A program made the translations under genes and the position numbers. DNA of 64,000 nt from Oceanicaulis sp. (lineage in GTDB: Bacteria; Pseudomonadota; Alphaproteobacteria; Caulobacterales; Maricaulaceae), in assembly GCA_043513725.1 (NCBI GenBank), contig CP121338.1, forward strand, positions 2,668,838-2,732,837. The letters are read 5' to 3'. The notes below the pieces were generated by a model. That model made no database searches. It saw only the letters and a list, made by a program, of their open reading frames with translations, and was not told where the DNA came from. This document shows positions 19,627-27,575 of this stretch, one piece after another (positions within the stretch are counted from its first letter, which is position 1; each line of letters starts with the position of its first letter).

Positions 19627-21732
19627 TTCGTCCTTGGGCCGGTCACCCTTGCCCTTGGGGGCGTCACCGTCCTTGGCGTCGTCTGGATCCATGGTGGCCA
19701 GCAGATCGCGCCAGCGCCAACCCCCTTCGCGGCGGGGGCGATCCTCGTCCCTGTCCTTGTCGTTGACCTTGTCCTGATCGCGGGCTCGTGCTTTGCGCGC
19801 ATTGCTCCGGTCATCCGCTGACGCTTCGACCCGGTCCTCGTCGGCGCGATCCTCTGGATGAGTTTCAAGGGCATCGTCTTCAGGTAAATCTGGCTTGAAA
19901 GCCTTCTTTGGCTTTTCAGCCTCGGGCTTCGTTGCCGGCGCGGCTTCGCCTGGCCCGTCTTGAGGCTCCGCGCGGGTTTCACGGCGGCGGGGCAGGGGAT
20001 CGGGCAGCTCGTTAATGCCCAGATCAATTGGCTTGCGCCCGCCGGCCACGCCGCCCATACGCAGGATGAAGTCGGAAAGAAGCTCATAATTTTGGCGGAT
20101 GCGCGCCTGGAACTGGGCGTCGATATCGCGGGCCTGCTGGCTGGCTTCCTCAGAGGAGCGGTTCAGCGCGTCCAGCCCCTCCTGCATGACGCGCTCCATG
20201 GCTTCAACGCTAGCCCGGGCGGTATCGGGCGCGGCTTCCATCTTCGATCGCAGGGTGGAGAGCTGCTCCTCGATGCGCCGGGACTCCTCACCAGCGCTCT
20301 TGAGCGTGTCTGCCAGCTGGCGACGCACAGCCTCGGAGGCTTCCTCCGCGGCCTTGGCCGCACGGGTCGTCAGGTCTTCAGCTTCGCGCAGGCGCGCCTG
20401 GAAGGCTTCATCGGAGCGGCGGGCGGCCTCAAAACCGGCTTCACTGACACGCTCCAGCGCCGCTTCGGCGTCGCTTGCCTGACCGGTCAGGCGTTCGCCG
20501 GCTTCCTCGGCCGCCTTGCGGGCTGCGGCAGCGGCGTCCTGCAAGCGGGTGAGGGCGGCTTCCTGAGCCTTCGCGGCACCTTCGCTCTGCGTCGTGATTT
20601 CGCGGGCCAGATCACCGGCGCGCTCGAGCGCCTCCTCCACAGCTCGCTCAAAGACCGCACCAGACGCTTCGGCCGCCCCTTTCAGGCTTTCCGCGCCTTC
20701 GCGGGCCGTGCGCGACATGGTTTCAAGCTCAGCCTTGTGGAAGTCGAGCGCAGCGCCGATCTTCTCCTGCTCCTTGCGCAGATTTTCGCTGGCTTCGCCC
20801 AGCCGGTCCTTGTGCTTCAGATAAGCCGCCTCCAGCCCGTCCGTTCGTTCACGCAGACGATCCGAGAAGTCGCGCAGCTCGGTGGCGCGGGCATCCAGCG
20901 ACAGGGCGATACGATCGCCAGCCTCTTCGGCAGCCTTGCCCGCTGCTGCAAGCCGGTCGGCACCAGAGCGGATCAGTTTCTCACCATCGGCAGCCTTCGC
21001 CTCGGCAAGCTCAGCGGCCGCAGCGACCATCTTTGACTGGTCCTGTATCGCGGCCGCGATCAGGGACGCCTTGTCGTCCAGCCCGTCAGCGACTTCGGAC
21101 AGGCGTGTGCGTTCTTCGCGCAGCGAATGGACCAGCGAATCCGCCTTTGATTTTGCGCGGCTGGAGCTGTCTTCGAGGCTGTCGGCGTGGTGGGTGATCA
21201 CCTCTTCGATGGCCGCCAGGCGAGCCAGCGCTCCCTGCATGGCCTGATTGACCCGATCCACCTGCAGGCTGACAGCGTCTGCGAGGCGTTCGGCATCGGC
21301 TTCGGCGTGACCCACCGGTGCAGCCAGACGCGCCACGGCGGCATCAAGCCGACGCGATCGCGATCCGGCGCGGGCCACTTCCCGGCCCAGCAGGCCCGCC
21401 AAGAAAAACAGCATGGCCGGGGCCACTGCAAACACGGACAGACCGCCCAGCTGAGCTGGCGTAAGCGTGGTCAGATCCGCATAGCCGGCCAGATAGGCCG
21501 CCGCGCCCCCAAGCCACAGGATCCCGAAGGCCCCGCCGAGGAAGGCAATCCAGCCTCCGCCGCTTTCCTTGGGCAGATCCGGCATGACATCAAGCGGTGC
21601 TGGCGCACTGCGACGCTCAGGTTTGGTCAGCGCTCCACCGGAGGCCTCGTCGAAGGCGCGGGCGTCTTCGGCTTCGGCCGTGGCCGCGTTTTCAGGGGAT
21701 GCGGGGTTGGATGATTTGGATTTGGCGGCCAT
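19624..21732 (-). CDS. membrane-anchored long coiled-coil protein (TipN-like architecture), function unknown
   Basis: 702 aa. It has an acidic N-terminus, then two hydrophobic helices (GWIAFLGGAFGILWLGGAAAYLAGY; LSVFAVAPAMLFFLAGLLG). About 450 aa of A/E/R/L-rich heptad-like sequence follows, then a K/D/E/R-rich tail containing ..GGWRWRDLLATMD... Confidence 0.7.
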   Translation of the reverse strand: MAAKSKSSNPASPENAATAEAEDARAFDEASGGALTKPERRSAPAPLDVMPDLPKESGGGWIAFLGGAFGILWLGGAAAYLAGYADLTTLTPAQLGGLSVFAVAPAMLFFLAGLLGREVARAGSRSRRLDAAVARLAAPVGHAEADAERLADAVSLQVDRVNQAMQGALARLAAIEEVITHHADSLEDSSSRAKSKADSLVHSLREERTRLSEVADGLDDKASLIAAAIQDQSKMVAAAAELAEAKAADGEKLIRSGADRLAAAGKAAEEAGDRIALSLDARATELRDFSDRLRERTDGLEAAYLKHKDRLGEASENLRKEQEKIGAALDFHKAELETMSRTAREGAESLKGAAEASGAVFERAVEEALERAGDLAREITTQSEGAAKAQEAALTRLQDAAAAARKAAEEAGERLTGQASDAEAALERVSEAGFEAARRSDEAFQARLREAEDLTTRAAKAAEEASEAVRRQLADTLKSAGEESRRIEEQLSTLRSKMEAAPDTARASVEAMERVMQEGLDALNRSSEEASQQARDIDAQFQARIRQNYELLSDFILRMGGVAGGRKPIDLGINELPDPLPRRRETRAEPQDGPGEAAPATKPEAEKPKKAFKPDLPEDDALETHPEDRADEDRVEASADDRSNARKARARDQDKVNDKDRDEDRPRREGGWRWRDLLATMDPDDAKDGDAPKGKGDRPKDE

Positions 21733-21857
21733 GTCGCCTCAGCGCCTTGCTCAAAGTCGAACTCTTACCGAGACCTTAACAGAGTCGCGGCGGCGCGGCT
21801 TTCGATTACCGCACCCTTTGTCCGGGTACGTCTGTTTTAAGCGGGAAAGGTGCCGAG

Positions 21858-22091
21858 TTAAAGGACCGGATAGGTCACAGACTGCGTGCTGCTGTCGCAA
21901 TCAGAGGCGGGCTGCGCGGTCACGGTCGGGTCATTGACCCAAAGCGTCTGGGTGGAGGCATCGCCAGCCGTGACATAGGCCGCAGGCTGGTAGTGGACCG
22001 GGTCACAGTCTTCTTCACGCTCATACTCAAAGCCAATGACGGCGAGCAGGGCCGCTGCGAAGAAATGCAGAATATCGAATAACAGTGCCAT
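21858..22091 (-). CDS. hypothetical small membrane-anchored protein
   Basis: 77 aa with an N-terminal TM (LFDILHFFAAALLAVIGF) and two Cys in the remainder. Coding status is uncertain. Confidence 0.4.
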   Translation of the reverse strand: MALLFDILHFFAAALLAVIGFEYEREEDCDPVHYQPAAYVTAGDASTQTLWVNDPTVTAQPASDCDSSTQSVTYPVL

Positions 22092-22285
22092 GGTCTGTCA
22101 CGCCTCCCACGCGACTACATCAACCGATATGCCGATCCGCGCGCGGGAGCGCAAGAAAAAGCCCCAAAGAATTTCATGAAATCTTGGTAAGACTGCCCGG
22201 TGATGACACCTGTCATGGCTTGCCAGCGTCATCGTTAAGGGCAAGGATTTCCCGACCAATTTGCTCAGCCATGGAAGGGGAGGCC

Positions 22286-23551
22286 ATGACCGACGCATCC
22301 GCAGAGAATTCAGCTCAGGGCGAGGCGGCGAAAACGCCAGTCGACCAACACACGGCACCGATTGCCGTGAAAGACCGGTTTGAAAGCCTCGACGTGTTAC
22401 GCGGTGTCGCGATCCTTGGGATCCTGATGCTCAACGTGCAGGCCTTCCTGATGGCGTCTAACGCCTATATATACCCGCCGGCGCACATGGATGTGACGGG
22501 AGCCAATCTGAATACGTGGCTGATCGCCTACATCTTCTTTGACAGCAAGTTCATCACCATCTTCTCCGCTCTTTTCGGGGCGGGCATGTTACTGATGGTC
22601 GGAGAAGAACCCGATGCATCGCGCAAGCTACACTTCAGCCGGATGCGGTGGATGTTGGTCTTTGGCCTGATCCACATGTTCGTGTTCTGGTTCGGCGATA
22701 TCCTGACCACTTACGCGATCGCCGGCTTCATTATTGTGTTTTTCCGCCGGATGTCCGCGACCAAGCTGATCATCTGGGGGCTGATCTGGCTGTTTATCAC
22801 AGGCGCATTGTTTGTGGGCGCGATGGCAGCCATGGGGCTCGCCCCGCCTGAGGCTTTCGAGGAAAGCCATCCCTTCCTCTATGAGCCAGACGTATTGCAG
22901 GACATGGTGGCCGCCTATCAGGACGGCTTCCTCGCCAGTCGTGGATATAACGCCCTTAATGGCGCGATGAATCTCGGCTCTCTGGTCTTCTTCGGTGGAC
23001 GGATTGTCGGCGTCATGTTCCTGGGCATGGCCCTGTTCAAACTGGGCTTCCTGACCGCGCGCTGGAGCGTCCTGTCCTACGCGATTTGTGTCGTGATTGG
23101 TCTGGGCCTTGGCTGGCCGCTGGCGGCCTATGGTGCCACGGCGATGGTTGAGTCCGGCTGGGCGCTCAACACGATCTGGGTCATGCTCGGGAGCAATTAC
23201 ATAGCCATGCTGCTGGTCGCCTTCGGCTATGCCAGCGTCGTCATGCTGGTCTGCAAGGCCCCGTGGCTGAAGATTGTGCGCTACCCGTTTGCCTGTGCCG
23301 GGCGGATGGCCTTCACCAACTATCTCAGCCAGACTTTCATCATGGTGTTTATCGCTGTGGGCGGGATCGGCCTTGGGCAGTTTGGTCAGCTGGAACGGGT
23401 GCAGCAGGCCCAGCTGGTGATGGCCGTGTGGGTCTTCCAGCTCATTTTCTCCATGCTGTGGCTTCAGGTCTTCCGCATGGGCCCACTGGAGTGGCTGTGG
23501 CGCACGCTGAGCTACGGCAAGATCCAGCCCATCCTGAAGGCGAAAGCTTGA
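22286..23551 (+). CDS. DUF418 domain-containing membrane protein (YeiB-like)
   Basis: Multi-TM protein with ..FESLDVLRGVAILGILMLN.. and a C-terminal ..GRMAFTNYL.Q....GPLEWLWR.L.YG.. DUF418 signature. The ATG at 22286 has GAAGGGGA upstream. Confidence 0.75.
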   Translation: MTDASAENSAQGEAAKTPVDQHTAPIAVKDRFESLDVLRGVAILGILMLNVQAFLMASNAYIYPPAHMDVTGANLNTWLIAYIFFDSKFITIFSALFGAGMLLMVGEEPDASRKLHFSRMRWMLVFGLIHMFVFWFGDILTTYAIAGFIIVFFRRMSATKLIIWGLIWLFITGALFVGAMAAMGLAPPEAFEESHPFLYEPDVLQDMVAAYQDGFLASRGYNALNGAMNLGSLVFFGGRIVGVMFLGMALFKLGFLTARWSVLSYAICVVIGLGLGWPLAAYGATAMVESGWALNTIWVMLGSNYIAMLLVAFGYASVVMLVCKAPWLKIVRYPFACAGRMAFTNYLSQTFIMVFIAVGGIGLGQFGQLERVQQAQLVMAVWVFQLIFSMLWLQVFRMGPLEWLWRTLSYGKIQPILKAKA

Positions 23552-23940
23552 GCGAAGCGGTCAAGGCAGGCGATGCGATCGCGGTCTACGGCCTGTTGCG
23601 CGCCGGGGAGAGCGGGTTCGCCCGTTTTGGTCTCGCCAACGCCTTCAAACCGCTGGGACCGTGCGTCATCGGCGGCGAGCTGTGGGATCTCGGCGCGTAT
23701 CCGGGACTGGTGCCCGGGGCAGGAGAGGTCATGGGAGAGCTGTTCGAGCTCACCGATCTCTCGGTCATGCCTGCCCTTGATGCGTTTGAAGACTACTGGC
23801 CCGATGACCCGGATCGCTCCCGCTATGATCGGGTGAAGGTCCAGCTGATCAAGCCGGACCGCCTCGCCTGGGTCTATGTCTGGCGACTGGGGCTGGAAGC
23901 GGCGACGCGTATCGAAAGTGGGGACTGGTTGAAGCGGTGA
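23548..23940 (+). CDS. gamma-glutamylcyclotransferase (GGCT/AIG2-like) family protein
   Basis: About 130 aa with ..AVYGLLR.. and ..GELWDLGAYPGLV..GE(L)FEL.. patterns. The only in-frame start after the upstream gene is the TTG at 23548, overlapping its stop (TTGA). Confidence 0.65.
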   Translation: MSEAVKAGDAIAVYGLLRAGESGFARFGLANAFKPLGPCVIGGELWDLGAYPGLVPGAGEVMGELFELTDLSVMPALDAFEDYWPDDPDRSRYDRVKVQLIKPDRLAWVYVWRLGLEAATRIESGDWLKR

Positions 23941-23995
23941 AACCACCCTCATCATTCCCGCCTTCGTGGGGACGACGGCATAAGAATTTCAGCCC

Positions 23996-24640
23996 CTATT
24001 GCGCATCCGGCTGGTTTTCCGGCGCGGCAGCTTCGAACTCGGGCAGCTTGCGGGCGGCTTCGTCGGCGGCGACGAGGCGCGGATAGGCGCTCAAATCCAC
24101 GCCAAATCGGCGTGCGTTGACCATCTGGGGCAGCAGATAAATCTCGGCCATGGACGGTCCGTCACCAAAGATGAAGCCGTTCTGCCCGCCGGTGGTTGCC
24201 GCCATTGTCTCCAGTGCTGCAAATCCGGTTTCCATCCAGTGGCGCGCCCAGGTCCAGGCTCCATCCTGATCCTGTCCGTAGTCGGCGCGGACTTTTTTCA
24301 TGACACGCAGGTTCTGGATTGGGTGTATGTCACAGCCAATCGCCGCGGCGAAGGCGCGGACGCGCGCGCGCTCAACCGGATCAGAGGGCAGGAGCGGACG
24401 GTCTGGCCACGTTTCCTCAATCCACTCCAAAATCGCCGGGCTCTGGGTCAGGAGCTGACCGTCTACCTCCAGCGCAGGCACGAGACCTTGCGGGTTTTTG
24501 GCCAGATATTCCGGGCTCGATTGGGCCCCTTCGACCAGATTCACTGGCACGACATCATAGTCCACACCCTTCCAGTTCAGCGCCAGACGCACACGATAGG
24601 TCGTGCCGGATCGAAAATAGCCGTGAAGAACCAGAGACAT
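23996..24640 (-). CDS. maiA: maleylacetoacetate isomerase (zeta-class GST)
   Basis: 214 aa from the ATG at 24638-24640 (AAGGAG upstream). MSLVLHGYFRSGTTYRVRLALNWKG...NPQGLVPAL..QS.AILEWIEE. Confidence 0.85.
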   Translation of the reverse strand: MSLVLHGYFRSGTTYRVRLALNWKGVDYDVVPVNLVEGAQSSPEYLAKNPQGLVPALEVDGQLLTQSPAILEWIEETWPDRPLLPSDPVERARVRAFAAAIGCDIHPIQNLRVMKKVRADYGQDQDGAWTWARHWMETGFAALETMAATTGGQNGFIFGDGPSMAEIYLLPQMVNARRFGVDLSAYPRLVAADEAARKLPEFEAAAPENQPDAQ

Positions 24641-24791
24641 GAGACAGACTCCTTTGCGGGGGCGCACGAGGGGGATGAAATTAGTTGCAAATGATACTAT
24701 TTTGCTTCAGCAAGACTGCGCGCGCTGGCCGGTTCGATCAAGCCTCGCCCGCGCTTTAGAGATTCTTTTTAAGAGCTGACAGGAGCGCCCC

Positions 24792-25853
24792 ATGGCTGAT
24801 CTGTTCGAAAACCCGCTTGGAACTGACGGGTTCGAGTTTGTCGAATTTACCTCCCCGGAGCCGGAAAAGCTGGTGGAGCTGTTCACGCTCCTCGGCTTTA
24901 CCGCAGTGGCCAAGCACAAGACCAAGGATATCATCCGCTTTGCCCAGGGCGACATCACATTCCTGGTCAATCGTGAAGCCACTGGCCAGGCGGCGGACTT
25001 CCGCGCCGAGCATGGTCCGAGTGCCAACGCCATGGCCTTCCGCGTGAAGGATGCCAAGCAGGCTTATGCAGACGCCATCGAGCGCGGCGCAGAGCCGTTT
25101 GGCGACGGTGTCTGGACCGATAAATTCCCGGCCATCAAGGGCATTGGCGGTTCGGTGCTTTATCTCACCGACCAATATGGCGATGCAGCCTACGCCGATG
25201 AGTTTGAAGCCTTTGAGGGTGCCGGCGACACCACGGGTGTCGGCCTTGAAGTGCTCGACCACCTGACTCACAACGTGTTCAACGGCAACATGGACACGTG
25301 GGCTGGCTTTTATGAGCGTGTCTTCAACTTCCGCGAAATCCGCTATTTCGACATCAAGGGCCAGCACACCGGCCTGCTGTCGCGCGCCATGACCGGCCCG
25401 TGCGGCAAGCTGAAAATCCCGCTGAACGAAAGCTCAGACGACCAGTCCCAGATCAGCGAATATCTGCGTGAGTATAATGGCGAGGGCATCCAGCACATCG
25501 CGCTGACCACGCCGGACATTTACGCCACGGTCGAAAAGCTGCGCGAAGCGGGCGTCGTCTTCCAGTCCACGCCGGAAACCTATTATGAGCTGATCGACGA
25601 GCGCGTGCCGAACCACGGCGAAGACGTGCATCGTCTGAAGAAGAACTCCATCCTGGTCGACGGCAATCCGGAAACCGGTGATGGCCTGCTGCTGCAGATC
25701 TTCACCACGACCAATATCGGTCCGATCTTCTTCGAGATCATTCAGCGTAAGGGCAATGAAGGCTTCGGCGAGGGTAATTTCAAAGCCCTGTTCGAATCCA
25801 TCGAGCTCGATCAGATCCGCCGCGGCGTCATCAAGACCGAGCCGGCAGAGTAA
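24792..25853 (+). CDS. hppD: 4-hydroxyphenylpyruvate dioxygenase
   Basis: 353 aa. N-terminal ..NPLGTDGFEFVEF.., ..EGIQHIAL.T.DI.., ..LLQIFT....GPIFFEIIQRKG..GFGEGNFKALFESIE..Q..RG. Confidence 0.95.
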   Translation: MADLFENPLGTDGFEFVEFTSPEPEKLVELFTLLGFTAVAKHKTKDIIRFAQGDITFLVNREATGQAADFRAEHGPSANAMAFRVKDAKQAYADAIERGAEPFGDGVWTDKFPAIKGIGGSVLYLTDQYGDAAYADEFEAFEGAGDTTGVGLEVLDHLTHNVFNGNMDTWAGFYERVFNFREIRYFDIKGQHTGLLSRAMTGPCGKLKIPLNESSDDQSQISEYLREYNGEGIQHIALTTPDIYATVEKLREAGVVFQSTPETYYELIDERVPNHGEDVHRLKKNSILVDGNPETGDGLLLQIFTTTNIGPIFFEIIQRKGNEGFGEGNFKALFESIELDQIRRGVIKTEPAE

Positions 25854-25957
25854 GAGCAAGCCAACACTGTCATGGCCCGAGTTATCCGGGCCACCCATTC
25901 TGAGTTGGTCTGTCCATAGCCATCGTCACAGAATGGGTCCCCCGGACAAGCCGGGGG

Positions 25958-26449
25958 ATGACAGCGGTTGGATTGAGCGGCTCAATGACCTCTCCCAGAA
26001 AACCGTCCCTGCGCCTTCCGGACTACCTGCCTTACCGGTTGTCGGTGGCGTCCAACAAGGCGTCCAGCCTGATCGCAAAGGCGTATCAGGCTCGCTTTGG
26101 ATTGAGCATCTGGGAATGGCGGGTCATTGCAGTGCTGGGCGGTGAAGCGCGGCCCATGACGGCTCAGGGCGTATGTGAAGCCACCGCGATGGACAAGGTG
26201 ACCGTAAGCCGGGCGATCCGGGCTCTGGACGGTCGCGCGCTGGTCCGACGCCAACCGAAGCCTGAAGACAAGCGCGCCAGCGATGTCACGCTGACGGAAG
26301 ACGGCCAGGCGATTTATGATGAGATCGCTCCCACCGCGCTCGATTATGAAGCGCGCATGCTGGCCGGCCTGAGCGATGACGAGCGCGAGACGCTCAAAAA
26401 GCTTCTTGAGAAGCTCGAGCGTCAGCTCGATGGCGTGAGCCTGAAATAA
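25958..26449 (+). CDS. MarR family transcriptional regulator
   Basis: Winged-helix core ..LSIWEWRVIAVLG...PMTAQGVCEATAMDKVTVSRAIRALDGRALVRRQP.PEDKR... An alternative start lies at 25985. Confidence 0.85.
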   Translation: MTAVGLSGSMTSPRKPSLRLPDYLPYRLSVASNKASSLIAKAYQARFGLSIWEWRVIAVLGGEARPMTAQGVCEATAMDKVTVSRAIRALDGRALVRRQPKPEDKRASDVTLTEDGQAIYDEIAPTALDYEARMLAGLSDDERETLKKLLEKLERQLDGVSLK

Positions 26450-26630
26450 ATCAGGTCCGGATTTTTATGTGATTTCAGGTCTTTGGTTATTCCGTACTTT
26501 TTGTGCAGATTTTATCCCTGAGCTTCATTCAAAATTCTTGAGAAAAAGACTGCGACATTTCTTCCTGTGATCTTGGCGAGGCGCGGCTGCGACCCATATT
26601 CGACGTACGTTGAAAAAGGAGCCCAACGCC

Positions 26631-27329
26631 ATGAGCCGCTATAGTGATGATGCCCTGAGCAAGCGCCGCGTCCCGGACGGGTTTCGCGACCGGATCGCTC
26701 TTCGCATGGTCAAGGTCATGCGCGTGTTCGCCGACTTCTTTTTCAAAAAGCGCTACGGTCACCGCGCCGTTGTTCTGGAGACCGTTGCGGCGGTGCCCGG
26801 CATGGTGGGTGGCGCGCTTCAGCACCTAAAGGCTCTGCGCCACATTCGCGACGACCAGGGCTGGATCAAGGAGCTGCTGGACGAAGCTGACAACGAACGC
26901 ATGCACTTGATGACCTTCATCAAGATCGCACAGCCCAGCCGGTTTGAGCGCTTCCTGATCGTGTTTGCGCAAGGGCTTTTCTACAACGCCTATTTCGCAA
27001 TGTATCTGTTTGCGCCGCGCACCGCGCACCGCTTCGTGGCCTATCTCGAGGAAGAGGCGGTCATCAGCTATACCGGGTATCTCGAAGCGATTGATGCGGG
27101 CGAGCTTGAAAACGTCCCGGCACCGCAGATTGCCATCGATTACTGGGAGCTTCCCGAGGACGCCATGCTGCGTGATGTGGTTCTGGTCGTGCGCGAAGAC
27201 GAGGCTGAGCACCGCGACACGAACCACCGCTTTGCCGACGAGCTGACCGCCAAGGAGCGTGAAGCCGGTGATGCGGAACTGGCCGAAATCGAAAACCGTG
27301 CGAAGGCCAAAGAGAAAGTCGACGCGTAA
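26631..27329 (+). CDS. aox: alternative oxidase (cyanide-insensitive ubiquinol oxidase, di-iron carboxylate)
   Basis: 232 aa from the ATG at 26631 (AAGGAG 9 nt upstream). All four di-iron ligand motifs are present: LETVAAVPGM, NERMHL, YLEEEA, DEAEHRD. Confidence 0.9.
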   Translation: MSRYSDDALSKRRVPDGFRDRIALRMVKVMRVFADFFFKKRYGHRAVVLETVAAVPGMVGGALQHLKALRHIRDDQGWIKELLDEADNERMHLMTFIKIAQPSRFERFLIVFAQGLFYNAYFAMYLFAPRTAHRFVAYLEEEAVISYTGYLEAIDAGELENVPAPQIAIDYWELPEDAMLRDVVLVVREDEAEHRDTNHRFADELTAKEREAGDAELAEIENRAKAKEKVDA

Positions 27330-27349
27330 GGCGCGACTACTCTGACCTG

Positions 27350-27434
27350 TCACCTCCGCTTTGTGCGGGGGTGATACTATTTGACACCACAATCCGATTT
27401 GCAGTGATGGCCTGGATGAACCGGGCCATCACTG
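27350..27434 (+). terminator. two tandem stem-loops downstream of aox (candidate terminators, no clear U-tract)
   Basis: TCACCTCCGC-tttgt-GCGGGGGTGA (27350-27374) and a perfect 11-bp stem, CAGTGATGGCC...GGCCATCACTG (27402-27434). Confidence 0.35.
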
Positions 27435-27507
27435 TTGGACGGGGTTTTGGCTTCTGTAGGTCTCTGTCCATCTGAGCGCCATTAAAACTGCAACTCATCC
27501 GCATTTC

Positions 27508-27532
27508 GTAATTGAAAATGATTTGCAGAAGC
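27508..27532 (+). promoter_or_regulatory. weak Fur-box-like AT-rich element upstream of the TonB-dependent receptor
   Basis: GAAAATGATTTGCAGAAGC matches 12 of 19 positions of GATAATGATAATCATTATC in my manual alignment. It lies about 45 nt upstream of the receptor start. Confidence 0.2.
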
Positions 27533-27575
27533 GTATACCCGTTCCCATAGCGACTTGCGAATGGGAATTAGTTAG

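Noticed and set aside
19960-21036. 358-aa ORF (plus several 60-175-aa ORFs) opposite the coiled-coil gene
   Set aside because: The repetitive GCN/GAR-rich codon pattern of the coiled-coil gene keeps the antisense frames open. There is no RBS or domain evidence.
22203-22216. 14-bp palindrome ATGACA-cc-TGTCAT upstream of the DUF418 gene
   Set aside because: It is real in the sequence, but it is short and isolated and I cannot link it to any known operator. A chance occurrence is plausible in 64 kb.
22085-22285. Upstream 67-codon extension of the DUF418 ORF
   Set aside because: The extension overlaps the divergent small gene and is Arg/Cys/Ser-rich. A strong RBS precedes the internal ATG at 22286, where the family-typical N-terminus begins.
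26529-26825. 98-aa minus-strand ORF overlapping the aox start
   Set aside because: It is antisense to the 5' end of a confidently identified aox and to its AT-rich promoter region. There is no supporting signal.
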